In this document: positions 10,579 to 25,300 of the stretch, piece by piece
Position numbering within the stretch: the first letter of the stretch is position 1
Layout of the letters: every line of letters begins with the position of its first letter
Source of the DNA: Antedon mediterranea
Taxonomy: Eukaryota; Animalia; Echinodermata
Assembly (NCBI RefSeq): GCF_964355755.1
Contig: NC_092670.1
Span: 32,538,388-32,602,387, forward strand
Reading direction: 5' to 3'
Length of the DNA: 64,000 nucleotides
Program-made: the position numbers and the translations under genes
The notes under the pieces: generated by a model
What the model was told of the DNA's origin: nothing
What the model saw: the letters and a program-made list of their open reading frames with translations, nothing else
The model's database searches: none

Positions 10579-13500
10579 GTAAGTGAAATATTCAAATTTA
10601 AACTTTTAAAAATTAAAGATATATACTTTCCTTTATTGCCAACAAAAACAACATAGGGCCTAAACATAATCATCATTGACAAAAGGTGATAAGATTTAGT
10701 TAAAATAAACTAATCAAAGCAACAAAAACACCATGAAATATTCTTATTATTATGAATTATAAAATATGGCATATGTTGAAATAATTAATTTAATGTAATA
10801 TAAAGAAAAAGAAGAAAAATTCAAAGCTTAAGTTACGATAAATAATAATATAAATATAATAAATAATAAAAATAACAAATGTGAAACTGAAACTCTTAAA
10901 CAGTACTTTAGATATATATTATTAATTTAAATAAATCTATTTTAACAATTTCAACAAAATGTTTTCTAAACATCTATCAACTGTATTTTTATTTAAAAAC
11001 AACATTAGAATTAATTAGAACACCAACAGCTCTCTTGATTGATAACTGTAACTAAAGCTGTAGGCCATGTTAATTTCAATTGATAAAATAACGGTACTCT
11101 ATAGAAAAAAATTCAGAAACTCTAGTCTTAATACTAGACTGGTGCAAAAGTCTCAAATTCCGTTTTAACATTTGGAATACCAGATATTCTCAAAAACCAG
11201 GCATATTATATTAGGCCAAGAGTGTATGGTATTGTAAAATCCACAAACAATAAGAACGTTTTAGTATTTTATGACTATTTTCAAACAGAAAGTAACATTA
11301 TTTAACATAAGCTAAAGTTAATACTCCTGGCTAAATAAACATTTACCTTTCTGTATTTGACAACAAGCTTTTTAAATGGTCATTAATTATTTCCTTTATT
11401 TGACTGATAACTGATTTAAACCTGATAATCTGTGTTAACAAGCATTTAGATAAAGTAGTCCATGTATTTTATAGCTTCATAAATCACTCTTCAACAACTG
11501 AATTTAAAACAATTAAAAACACATAAACACATTGTTGTTGTTTCAGAACCAGGCAGACTTCCTTACTTACAATTGAGGCCTTGAATTTGATTCTTGTTTT
11601 GTTTATACTTATGAAAGAAAACTGTTTAGTTTAGTTTTGGTTACATTTCTTTGCTATAAAATACTTTGTTTTATCATTTTTTTGCATCTGAAAGTTCATA
11701 CACACCAATATTTTTTACCGGTGTTACCATAATATTTTAAATTTTTCCTCTTAAAAATATAGTTAATTTGTTCAAACTTATTCAACAGAAACAGATCCTC
11801 TGACGTACCATTATTCCAGGGATCTCAACTTTTTAACATTTAGGTTGTCCTTCGGGCAAGCAATGTCTAAAATTTGGTTTCCACAAACATTGTTAACCTG
11901 CCCAACTTTTTTGTTAATTTGTTTTTTTTTTGGAAAAACTAATTAATTTCCATTTTCTTTTCAAAAGTAAAAAGATGCTGGCTAGTAGAAATTATCCTTC
12001 ATTGGTCTACTGATTTTTATGATGTTGCCCATTGGACAGGTGATTCTGCAAGTCTTTATTTTTCACTATCCCACTCACCTTTTTTGGTCAATTTTGTATC
12101 CCGCCTTCATTAATTCTGTCTGACTGTGTACTTGAGCAATATGTTTAATTTGCTATAGCTCCGTCTCATACTGTTTGACTTTAGCACCTACATAGATATG
12201 CAAAAAAACATTTACTTCTTTTTTTATATAGGAACCGAACAACTAAATCTTTCCACAATAGCAAGTATTTATTACATCATCATTTTTAAAATTTTTTTAA
12301 GTCTAAAAGCTAGAAAAATAACGAATAATAAACTGTCTTTGAATTTGTATCTGTAATTTGAAATATCCACAATCTTACAACATAGCAATTTTCCAGAAAT
12401 TATTAGCATATTAATTTGAAAATTGACAAGTTAATTCACAGCAATTCCAAATTCATTAACTTGACGCGTTATAATTGTATGTCTTAATTTGTTCTTACTA
12501 TTCAAATACCGGTCGTAATTGTCGTGCAATCAACCCCACTATTCATGTTTGCACGTTTCAACGTCATTGCTATGTTGGAACCAGGGAGCAAACAAAGACA
12601 CCGACTAATGCTCACAGTCTGCCTGTAATTTGCCTAATTTCACGAAGGTAATGGCTTTGGGAAATTTCTCCCCTACCTAATCGAAGTTAATTTGATTTAC
12701 ACTATGAGATCTACTTTCCAAAGAATTTAATAAAATTGTGTAGTGAATAGATCTTATTTCCCCTGCACTTATTCAAGTGTCAGATGCTATTATTGATAAA
12801 AATAGAAATCTGTCAGTTTTATGTCAAGTTTAATAATGTAAAATCATATAGAAGCTATAAGAAGGAATGCACTTTTAAATAAGAAAAAACCCAAAAGCCA
12901 ATTTTCCTATTTTCTGATCTATTTCAGCCTATAAACCTTTTTTTATGTTCTGCACACATGAACATTTACTTTTGTTGGCAATTTCAGTTTGTGTATTTTT
13001 ATAATAAAAAAAATGTGATGTACATGTTGGTAAATTGACCTTTCTGTGTTGATTTTTTCTCATGGGTTATTTTGAGTCTCTCAGTCACATGTCACATTTG
13101 GGGAATTATAATAATGCCAATTGAGAATTTTATTAAATCTATATTTTTTATATTATATAAAAAGGCATTTTAAGAATAATTTTTGTTTTGATGGTAGAAT
13201 TTATCGTTATTTTTAAACCATTGGGGAATATTTTGTATGCAAAAACTAACCTTTTGTGGTACAATGTTTGTTGGAATGGATAGAGCACCTAATTTAGGCT
13301 GAGTGAGTGGCCCAGTGTACCCCACCCAAAATACAAATATGTCCATAGTATGTATTGCATTCTGGTCTAAATCATTGTACTTTTAGACATGAAGTTCAAC
13401 AGTCCATTGAGGTCTTTGTCCTATTATGTCATTCCTAAACATCTTTCAACAACATTCATAATGGACTCTGCTGGTTTTCAAAGGCAACAACATAGGATGT

Positions 13501-15107
13501 ACAAGTTGATGTAGTTAACATTCCTACCGTACTCAGAAAATGTTACCTAAGGTGTTTTTCATCAAGGTTTACAAATTAATTGAGATGTTCGAATTTGAAT
13601 ACTGGTAGTATTCATTGATAAAAATAAAGAATAGGAAAAAATTTAAATTATTCATTTGATTTATATTACAGACATTAAATTGAAATACAGTACAGTATGT
13701 CATATTTTAAAAACGTTTTATTAATTTTGAACTATTTAGTGATTAAATATGATTGTTAAAAAATTGAAAATATAATATAAAGTTAAAACAAGAAATATTT
13801 CATACAAAAATTGCTTAATGTGGAGGAATTTTATGCGCAATTTTTTTTGCGAAAGAAATGATGATATTTAACTAGTATTATGTATAGTACATTTCTCTAT
13901 CGACAGACTGTATTATTAATAACAATCCTTTAATTAACAGTTGCGCGATTATGTGCTTTTGATGGTAAATTTAATGATTTTCATTGTCAGTTTTACAGAT
14001 TTTAAGATTTTTAAAAAAATTGGAAATATAGCAAAAAAAAAAATTGTACTCGCTTTTAGATGTTTTTAATATTTTGTTAATTTTTCAATTTATGGTATCA
14101 CAATTTCAATCAATTAATGGTGATATGGATATTACAATATGAGTTAAATAGAAGATTATAATATGATGAATGATGAATCAGTTTTTAAAATGAATACATT
14201 GTTGAGTCAATTGAATATAACAATATACAGTACAATACAAATTACAAAGAAATCAATAAAAAGTTAAAAACATTTTATAAAAAAGTTAGTTGAAAATATT
14301 TTATAAAATCTATACATAATTGTCAGCCATACAATTAATATGGGAAAAGTGAGCACTGAAATATTATGCTCTACCATTGGTGGAAAACTCCAAAGTTGGT
14401 GATGAATTTCTTTGCTCTTTTAAGTTTTAGTCTTAACTTTTGGTATATATAAAGCAAACATAGACACGGGATGTGTATTTTTCAGTTCTTCTTTGCTGTA
14501 TCAACTATTAGTATTACACTCAAGAAAGATACATTTTCTACCAATTAATGTTCAAATTACACTGTAATGTGGCCACCGTGAAATTAAATATGCCCTGGTA
14601 AAAATAAACTAAATTCTAAAGTCACAAAACAAGTTTCCTTTTGGCCACAGGATCTGAACATACACATATTGAATTTTGATACTGTTTTCTAAAATGAACT
14701 AATTGAAAAAGCTGTTAGGAAAATGATTCACTGTGATTGGTTGATTATTTCACCAAAGGGCATCATTTTGTTTCAGATTACACCAGATACAGTAGATGAT
14801 AAAAGAAAGTTAAAGATTTTCAATGTTGTATCAATGATTTTTTGGTGAATGTTTAATGTTAGGATAGAAAATGACTTGTTTTAGTGTTTAATCACTTCAT
14901 TTCTCACATGAAATATCTAGAATCAAAGTAAAAATTACTCCATGTAATTTTAATAAAAATGTAGTTTATTCTAAATCTCTCCAACAAAAAAGACATCTTT
15001 ACCTGTACCCAGGAACTCAATTAGAAAGTTTCAGCATAATATAATATCAATAAATCACATTTATTAGGCTAATCATTAATATGGAATAAATATCCTTATA
15101 TTTTCAG

Positions 15108-15182
15108 ATGGTGCTTGAATCTACCTCAGCTGGTAGGAGACAACATGTGGGAAATTTAAACAATAATTGTCCACCTTCACTG
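15108..15182 (+). CDS. RECK: RECK exon 3
   Basis: MVLESTSAGRRQHVGNLNNNCPPSL. Confidence 0.88.
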
Positions 15183-15390
15183 GTATGTATGTTTTGTACA
15201 ATAAGTTTAATAATTAAATAATAATAATTATTTTTGTTTGCAGTGTAGAGATCTGTATTTTAATATAGATTTCTACATTGTAAATTTTGACTTTAAGTAA
15301 AGAGGGTGGGTGTTAGGGGTGGATATGCATATTTGAATGTACAGTATACCAATATTTCTGTACCAAATAAAAAACATTATTATTTTACAG

Positions 15391-15427
15391 ACACAATTCT
15401 GGACGTGCGTCAACAACTCTGCTCCAG
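15391..15427 (+). CDS. RECK: RECK exon 4
   Basis: TQFWTCVNNSAP (human VEIWNCMNSSLP). Confidence 0.9.
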
Positions 15428-18400
15428 GTAGGTGAATTTTATCAATTTTTGAACTTGCTAAAATATTCTCCCCATTTATTCATTATTTTATTTTTAATTG
15501 TCCAAACAAAACTTGTTAAACATAAAACTTTAATAAATAGTGTTTTTAAATGGTTTATTTTTCATAGTAAGCCTCCTGTATATCATTTTTTTGCAAACCA
15601 CCTCTCCTCCCAACAACTTGTAGGCCCCTGAACTGCTTGCCAGGATCCCCATAAATCCTCAAACAAACAGTCACAATGGTGACTTGCATACAACTGTGGA
15701 AGAAGGAAGTCCCATACAACAAATTGTTAAAACTACTATTTGTTTATACAACACTTTAGTTTTTCCTTTAGGAGAGCTGTTTCTTTTTTGGATAGGGATT
15801 AAGAGTAACAACATGTGGCTTACTTGCAGTTCCTGTTAAAAGAGAAAGGGGAGCTATTAGCCCAATAACCTAATGACCCTATCATTCAAATTGGGTATTG
15901 TTTGACCCTATGCTTCTAGTGTTTAATTGACACAATTTGAAAGACTTATTGATTCATGCAGTTTAAAGAGATTTTGAGTGTTTAGGTATATTGATGGTAA
16001 TAACATTGTTATTGAATAAATACTAAAGCAAGATGTTGCAAATAGATTCATTCTGTTCAGTAGACTGATCGATAATTTACATCAAAGTGCAGAATATTTA
16101 ACTGTATGGCACCTGTCTTAGAGTAGAATTCTAAATACAACTAAGTGGTTGACAGCTTGTTGTCTGCCAGTTGTAAACAAAACAGTTAGGATTTTAGGGA
16201 AATAAATGTATGTAGTAAATAATAAAAGTAATAATTACTGTTCCTATACTTTCAGTGTTATTTGATGGTCCGTTATTATTACTTTAATTAAATTATTATA
16301 TTATATATTATATATTTCTATGAAAAGAAAAGAATTTTGTTGATGTACAGTCACAGACACTGCTGACAGGCACACTGAACAGTTTTTAATAAACACATTT
16401 ATTACCAAATAAATGTTTGAAATAATAACACTGGACTGTTACTGTTAACATGCACTAATGTTAAGAATACATCTAATGGAGCTTGCTTGTGTAATCAAAC
16501 TGATGTAACTAAATTTCAAAAGTGCATCCAATTAAGCGTTATACAGTACCACTACATACAACAATTTAAACCGATTGACTATATTTAACTCCGATAGCGA
16601 AAAGAGCATGTATGGTAGCTTATAAATGAGTTTGTGTTTTTTTATATCCAAAGTCAAACAACTCTGTTCTACATAAAAATGGTGAAATGGCATTCCAACA
16701 TGTATAGGCCTACAAAACACCACTAAACCAGTTATGAAATATGCTTTTGCCAAGCAAAATGAAAGCAATTATTCTTACACTTGTTTCATTGCCTTGAAAC
16801 AGGTTCTAGGCCTAAATAAAAGTACATTTGATAAACCACAACCACTGATTTTTGTTGTTTATGTGCTACCAGTGAGTAGCACATGGTTTTTGGTTAGCCT
16901 AGAGGTCTTTTTCCTGATTGAATTTTAGATTTGACTCCCTAGTGATGCATTCTTTTACTAGTTTTATTATTCCCTCAACACTAAACTCTAGATAATGATT
17001 TAAAGTTCTGTTTAGTAGGCCTCCTAATTGTCAGTGGTTGTGGATGAGAATATTGAAATAAGCAAATAATACTGTATTCAGCATTGTAATTTTTTCGCAA
17101 TTATTTTCCTTTGATTTTAGATTTTTCAATTTAAAAGTGAGCATTTGTATGCATATCTTTTTAGTTTAGAAGCTTTTTTTGTAGTTTTTCGCATGAGCAC
17201 GTAAAATGTAACTTTAAACGCTTTTTCCCAACAAGCAATGTTGGAAAATAGCGATTTGCATGCATTAAGAAAAACTTTAGTTACGTGTGTCATAATCTAT
17301 ACCTAAAATCAAGTTGAAAACAGTTTTGCCAAAAGTTGAGTCTGTGCTGAGCTTGGAATGTATGGTGTCCAATATAATATTATGAATGTTATGGCACTGT
17401 TCAATACATAATTTGTTTATTCTTTAAAAATTCTAGAAAGGTAATTCTTTATAGAACTGCAATATGTTTTTAATGAGAATTATTCTGGACCATGAAATTA
17501 ATGTTATTATAAATTTATTTCATTTTTTGTTAAGTGGGTGATTTTGATCATAATTTCTAGTTAAATTATGAAATATATCTATCACCTGATTTCTTTTATC
17601 TGAAGAAGAATAGGAAATAATATTGACATCAATTTTATTATGACATCAACTAAATTGTCAAGGAAAGATGAAGTATTTTTGATGGAAATTGACTATGCGC
17701 TTTTTATTTTCGTATGTACAGAAAGTGAAAACTCGGCATGGGTATAATAGCTTCTTGAACAGTCAGATACATAAAACGACACGGTTGTCGGGTGTTGAGT
17801 TACAGGCCTAGATAGCTAGTATGATGAACCCCTCTCAGGAACGCCTCGGGTTAGGCAATTTGTCTGTGGTACGACTCTAGCTCTTTCGCTGGTAACTTAA
17901 TTTGAGCTCCAACCGAGTCCAACTGCGTAGCAATCATGGTGTAGTTAAGACATGTGGATTCTGTTAATCAATATGTGGTCATAGCACTAAGGACTATTTA
18001 TTTGGGTAGGCTTACCTTATTGTATTAAAAATAGATTTGTTTCCTGCAAATATTGATCAATTCTTTAATTAAACTTGAAGTTAAAAATAAACGATGTTAA
18101 CAGGTTAATAATTAAGAATTACGCCTAATTATAAATGTGAGCATAGCAAGAAGAACTATACTCATTTACATTACAATTATTATATCATTATAATTCATAA
18201 TCCTTTTTCTAACTTTTGTGCACAAAAGGCTTTTGAATCAAGACTTTTCCTGTTTAAATGCTTTCTGGTGCTTTATTTAAGTTGTGTTTAAAACCACTAC
18301 TGAGCCTTATTAGTGTGTGATAAGTAAGATTGTTCAATGGAATGCAAATATCTGAAAAGACATGGTTTTGGCATCTCCTTTGTTTCCTGATCCTATTTAT

Positions 18401-20110
18401 TGCATTATCCCTTTTATATACAGAATTTGTAAATAAATGTTATGAAATGAAAAATGAAAAAATGAAATCCTTTGAATGGGTACATAATGTACAGCAAGAC
18501 ATTGTCTGATGTTAAGATAATAATAGTAGATTATTTTTAATTTTTAAGGGCATAATTAAAATTAGACAAACATTGAATTTTGGTTATTCTTGCATGCCTG
18601 TGGAATCTATACCAAAATATTAAATAATTCATTTTAAAATGCAGGTAGGAACATTGAATTTGTAGGGGTTTATTATAGGAATTATAGCTCTTTACAACAA
18701 ATTCACAATACATTCCTTATTTGGTTGTCATTGTTTGTATAGGGCATAATTTGAAATTTTAGAATTAGAATTTTGTTTTTCCTTTATGCACTTGGAATGT
18801 ATAACAGAATATTAAATAATTAATTTAAAAATGCTGGTAGAGTAGGGCTTTATTATAGAAATATGATTTACAACCAATACATTCCTTATTTTGATAGAGT
18901 AAATTAATCTCACTGTAGGTCCTATATTTAATACTAATAAAAACAAAATGTATTATTCATTTGCATATATTATATACATACAAGGATTTGTTATTAGTTT
19001 AAAAACAGCCATAAACCATTATCCCCCAAGGAATTAATATTGCATAACCCTCAATATTTTGCACATTACTTATGAAAGTTATAATGTTTATATTGTTGAT
19101 AATATATATTTGGTTTGATTTATATGTATATGGGCTGTAATGCGATAGAACTTCAAAATTTCCAACCGGCCGGTCCCCAGTCAATGTTTGCTCGCTTCGC
19201 TCTTAAAGGTACCCCTCCCCCCCCCTATTTCAAAGCCCTAGATCCGCCCCTGGTAATTTTGTAATGTTCATAAATGTACAAGTACATTATATGTTCATTC
19301 GGGAGGCCGATCCTCATTGCAGTAGATCAAACTTCATCATGATTACAATTAGATCTTCTGTAAATTTCACAGGAAATATAATATTTCAAAGTTAAAATTG
19401 AAGAAAACAGATGTTTGTGCTTTCAAAAAAAAAAGTTCAACAAACTCATAGCAGGAGGAGGAGAAGCCATGCATAGGGAAGGTGATAATGCCAGGGCCAA
19501 TGGAGTGATTATGATGCAGAATATCTCTGGATTTCATTAATCTCTGGTCTCCACTTAACCTCTACAGTTATTAAATCATGATCGGAGTGTGATTTATTCA
19601 CCTCAGACTGGATATATGAACCTATATAAGATCAGTGTCCCCTTTAAAAAAAAGTACAGACAAATAATTTTCTGGTATATATAAAATATTTGTTACTGCA
19701 AGAACAGATATTTTATTTTATTTTATTTTATTTAATTTAATTTATTTATTTTATGAAATTATGAAATCACAGAAAATAAACTAATGAAAACATTTAGACT
19801 GGAATAATTTTTAGAATTTCAGATATTATTGTGATAATATTTACCTGTAAAAAATAATTTTAAACTGAAACCAGGAATATATAGTTACATCTACTTATAT
19901 ATAAAATACTCTATCTAATTTTTTATCAAATAATATTAATGTTATTTTGACATGTGAATAATAAGTTGCTACACTTATTAGAATTTAGGATTTTTTCACA
20001 TATGAATATGAAAATGGGGAAAATTTCAAAATTTAAAGTTTAAAATTTTGTTATTCTTATTCTAATTTAGAAATAGTTTATCTGGTCTGCAAGATTGTTT
20101 CTAAATTATA

Positions 20111-20566
20111 TATATACGGCCATACTGCGTTGAAACACCGGTTGTCGTCAGATCACCGAAGTTAAGCGTTGGTTGCGTTCTGGATGGGAGACCGTCTAGA
20201 AATCGCGGCGGGTGCTGTATATACTGGAGAGTGATGGTGTAATGGTAATATCGGACTAGCATGTGATAGGCATGGGTTCGAGGTTATCTGTACCATACTA
20301 ATTGCATCCTTAGGCAAGATGCTTTACTCTCATTGCCTCGTCCTTCGGATGGGATGTAAAGCCGTTGGTCCCGAGTACTTAACAGTGCACGTTAAAGAAC
20401 TTGGTACACTATTCGAAAAAAGGTAGTGGATCGTCTCCCGGTGTGCTGATCTGGTAGGCGCTGCACTGCTGGCTGCCGTGGGTCTGTGGAGGGCCTAATC
20501 CGAATTTCCTCAGTTTCCAGTTGAGCTTGAGGACAAATATGAATACCTTTTTACCTTTTTACCTTT
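20111..20566 (+). mobile_element. Chimeric 5S rRNA + tRNA-headed SINE with CORE-like and Deu/Nin-like central domains
   Basis: 5S-like 20111-20223 (GATCACCGAAGTTAAGC, TGGATGGGAGACC); A box TGGTGTAATGG at 20235, B box GGTTCGA at 20275; CCTTAGGCAAGATGC; TTCGGATGGGATGTAAAGCCG..GTGCACGTTAAAGAAC; (ACCTTTTT)n tail. Confidence 0.85.
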
Positions 20567-21482
20567 AGAATCAGGTCCAAATTAAAAAAACCATTGAGAA
20601 TCCTTGGTTTATGAACAACAAATCTGTTCTGTTTCCCATGTTGTAACCTTATATGGACATACAGTACAATTCAATTTTAATTCTATGTTTCATTAATCAT
20701 TATTGATTTTATCCATTTCATACGGCATTGGATCGCATACCCCTTAAAAGCATAATTAATAGGAGTTCTTTTCTTGGTTATTGTAGCGTTCCTTTGATGC
20801 CGCTTTTTGTGTGATACTTTGATATATCATATAACAGTTACAATAAACTATTACATGACCAAGCTTTGTGTCGCAACATATCAATATCATAGGTCCCTAT
20901 TCTTATAACCTTACCTTTAACACCTTTAATTAATATGCCTATAATGGTGGATCAATAGTGTTCTAATTGGTTTAGCTATTTACAGGGAAAAGCGCAACGA
21001 TCCAGGCATCATCTGTCACTATTGTGCGGATGTGCCGCGGTCCTTGCTGTTTACAAAGAAAATCAAATATTAGTGCTTGGGGCGATGTAACTTGATAATG
21101 AAATGGTTTATTGTGGTTTTTAAGTACTTCCAAAAGTTGTATGTTGTGGTTGTAAATATCATGAGTACAATTGTATACAATATTATAAATTGCAAACCAA
21201 AAAGGTTAAAAGTGCTAGTCCTATGTTTAAATGTATTCTAAATATACATTTTGAAACCAAAATTCTTATGTATTTTTTTCTTTTAAATAAAAGATGATTT
21301 GACAGATGCCTATATGTAGCCTTCCATATATTTTCAAATAAACCAATTTCATATATTGTTTAGCATAATATAAATTATTCAACCGATTTTGGCCATAATG
21401 GTCTTCCACATGATAATAACATTTTTGTTTTTTAAAACAAACTTACAGAACAAATTCAACATACAGTACCTTCATCAGAGCA

Positions 21483-22193
21483 TTTTTAGTCGTTTGGACG
21501 CGACTCTATAGTTCACTATGTCGGTCGGTCAGTCTGTCTGTCTGTCGGTCTGTCTGTCGGTCCGGTATCACTATGCGTTTTATCGCTTTCTGACCTTATC
21601 TTGATATCAGTTTAATCTAGCTAAGTCAATTTTTCACAGTATATTCCTTATGGCCAGGAATCGATGTGGTTATGTTTTCACGGTGCGCAATAAAAAGTTA
21701 CGCGGTCTACGCACGATTTAACGAAATCACGTTTGTAATCATATCTTCACAACCATGAATCATAATTAAATCAAATTTGGTACTCATAAATTTCAAGGCA
21801 TAAATCATCATATGGCAATACAATTACGTGCGTAGCGCATGTAACGCATGCATACGCGCGCTTAAAATTTTCAAAATTTATTTTCAGGCAATTTTAAGCG
21901 TTTACAAAATTGCCATGAGTGCGCAGATTTTTGCGCGCACTGCGCGTTAAATGTTATTGCGCACTCTTTTTGCCCGATTTCTGTTTTCTTGACTTACTTT
22001 TCAACTCGAAATTACGTTATACGAGCACGTCAAAAGTGACAGGCTACGCACGTGTAAATTAAAAAAATATAAATGTTTTTATACATTTCAACATTTTTAA
22101 ACATGTTCAGTAATTTCGGTCAGTTGGTAGGTTGGTCGGTCGGTCGGTAAACACTAATGAGCACGCGACTGCAGCCATCTATACGGCCTTGTT
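21483..22193 (+). mobile_element. Helentron-associated non-autonomous element (HINE/DINE-1-like)
   Basis: T-rich 5' end, subTIR AGTCG..CGCGACT, (GTCG/GTCT)n microsatellite, 3' CACGCGACT + short GCC..GGC hairpin + TTGTTT. Confidence 0.8.
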
Positions 22194-22295
22194 TTGTCTT
22201 CTATAAATTCAATTTCATATTGTATTAATGTGTATATTTGAATAATTGACATTAGTTCAATAATTAAATTGAAATTAATTTTAAACATTTTTTAG

Positions 22296-22381
22296 ATATT
22301 TGGCAGGAGGAAACAGGATGGTTTGGTAAAGTTTGCTGTATCAATGCAATATCCAGTCGTTGTCACACAGCTTGTGTTCAG
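22296..22381 (+). CDS. RECK: RECK exon 5 (CC2)
   Basis: DIWQEETGWFGKVCCINAISSRCHTACVQ. Confidence 0.92.
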
Positions 22382-25300
22382 GTAATGATATTTTCATTCA
22401 CTTGTGTTCGACCCCTTCAATTGTATTTGTAGGGTACTCTACTATGAAGTTAAGTAGGCCTAGCTTTTACATCAGGGAGCGAAATGAGTCAGATGTTTTG
22501 CCCTACTGTGACGTAATACTCCATGCATTGAGGGTAGACTTGGATGGGTCTCGAACCATGACCTTCATATCACTTGCCTCTAGACCACCAAAATGTTTAC
22601 TGTATTGATTTTACTGTATAGATTTACTATTATTTTTGATATATTTTTTTTTTCTATAAATGAATGGGGATATCTGAATAAACTCCTGAACTTTACTGGG
22701 TGGATTCCATTCTATCCCACAGGTAAACCTGATTTCATGGGAAAACAGATCTGGTATTCTGTGTTAGTTGTTTGTTTGACAAACAAACTTTGTATGGACA
22801 TGAAGTAATATAACTAGATTTAGAATAAAAACCAAAATTTAAAATACAAGGCGAATGGATAGTACACACTGTTATTTAAAATGTTGTTGAAAGCCTTTAG
22901 TCCACATATGTTTCAGAAAACCTTGCTTTATAATTAGCTACCTATACAATACAACACCTTCTACTGAATAGTCAAACATGACTATGAATATTTGTGGTTT
23001 TTAAATTTACTACATTCATAATTGAAAGAATGGATAAAACACTTAATATAAAGACAAAGCTTATTGAAACTATATTTTATGTGACCACAATTTTGAAGGT
23101 TTGTGGAGTTCACTGAACCAATAGTAATAGTCTGGTTGTAAAAGAAAATAGATGGAAATATCATAAAATATGAATACATTACATAAACTATATTTTAACT
23201 TAACAAAATCTTTGTGGTTCCATGTAATTGTCAGGATATACAGAAGGAATATTTAACTTACCAAGCTGAAGCACTTATAAACATTACCTAATTAATATTT
23301 CCAAATGCTTCTGATTGGCTTACCCTACAATCCAGCTCACCTGAAATTAGGTTAATTAACCAATTAAACATTAATTAGCTTGTTTGTAGTTTCTAATTGA
23401 ACTTTTGGATGGTCATCTCGTGGAATTTTATGAAATACAATCAAACAGACAGTTGCTAGTAGACTGATTTTCTGTTATAGCCTAAACTAAAAATACTATT
23501 GTATTATATTTTGTACAGCATTTTCCTAGCATATAAACATTCTGTAACTCTTTGCCTATACACAGAACTTATACCAAACCAGATACCCCAACCTTTATTT
23601 TGGGTAATAAAAATAACCTACTTGTGATAAAGATGCTGAATAATGATGGTCAATTTTGAAAAATAAGATCTTTAAAATTAAAAAGAAAATAATAGCATGG
23701 TTAGTTTTACAGGGTCCATGGTATAAATTCTACCAGTGATCTATGAGGCTTGGTTCAAGGGTCTTTTACACCTTTTCTGGCACAGTTCAAGTTCAAGCTC
23801 AATCGAAATAAAATATCAATGTTTCATTTTCACTCAGCCATACCCATATCGATTGGCGCATAGCCGCGTGGAACATCGTAAAAACGAAACAGTGACATTC
23901 GATTTGATTCCAGACCCTTTGCTGAATTTGACAAAATTATGTCTAGTGTCATTAAGGACTTTATTTTGTTTTTCATGAATCAAGCACAAGGAATTTCATA
24001 CACACCATTCTGCCATCATATTTCTCAATAACCATATTTCATTTCCATAAGTTATCAATCATGTCATAATTCTGTTTGAAGTTACCATGGTAACTCATTC
24101 TTTAGGGAATCTTAGGGCCATATTTCAGGGGAGAAATAACACAGGTGTTATAGCACCTCTCCATGGGACATGAAAACTCATTTGTTTGTTTGCACACAAA
24201 ATGCACTCTCTTGCTGAATGATTCATTATGTAAAAAGATTAAATATTTCCATAATACAGAATGGAGAATGTTCTGGTATTTTATTCAATCTATACAGCCT
24301 TTCCATAATATTAATACTGATATTGTTTGTCTATTCTAAATGAAAAAAAAATACAATACACAACAATGTAATTAATTAATCAAACAAATCTTTAAAAACA
24401 ATCACTTTGGCAGAGTGTGTGATATATTGTATTAAAAGCATATTATACTAGGCCTAATGATTTACCAATTTTTTAAAACTTTTAATAATAATAGAACATT
24501 AGAGAACAGAAAATAATGGTTTTGGATAGTAACTAGCTTAATAGCCCAAGAGTCAAGATGCAATGGAAATGTGCAAATCATTGTTCATACATTTAAGAAT
24601 AATGAAACTTATCTTCAAGCCTTTTAGAATGTTCTATTCTTAAACTGAAAATGTGACAGCAAAACATTGATTTGTCTTGATCTACATTTTCCTATGTACT
24701 AGTACAGTTTATTAAAGTTTACCTAAGTATAGTAGTAGGGCCTACTTTAGAATGAGGCAAAAGATTTAAAGCATATCAGTTAAGCACCATTGGCTCAACC
24801 AGGCCATTGATGGACAAATTAGGTGATTAACACCAATCCATATACCACTGCTAACACCAGTAATGAGATCAGAAAAACATAAATTTATCCGCATTTGTCA
24901 CCTGTCAGCCTTCCTGATTACCTGATTTGAGAGATTTAGTGAAGTATCTAATTTGTTACCTTTATAGATATAAATCAGGCTTGATTAGGCTAATATTTAT
25001 CCTTAGAGCCAGCAAATACCGCTAAATGGTGTGAAGATGTAAGGTTAACTACTGTTTGGGTTTAAGAAGGTCCTTAAAGTTCGCATCAATAATAATATAG
25101 TTATTTAAGGATGTTAATGGCCTGATTTATGTATCACTGCTACCAAATGAGTTTAGTCTGTGAAGTGTGATATATACAGTGGCCATAGATTTTATTGTAA
25201 AGTAAATATAAGTGTATTCAAGTATAGAAATTGATAATTTTTTTTTTACCATATAAAAATGATTGTGAAAAGGGAATATTACAATAAAATATAACATTAT

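Noticed and set aside
19183-19252. U6-like GCTCGCTTCG
   Set aside because: Match stops after 10 nt; the context is a GATCCGCCCCTG-ended transposon relic
20111-20223. Functional 5S rRNA gene
   Set aside because: Internal deletions and substitutions, no oligo-T terminator, fused to a SINE body
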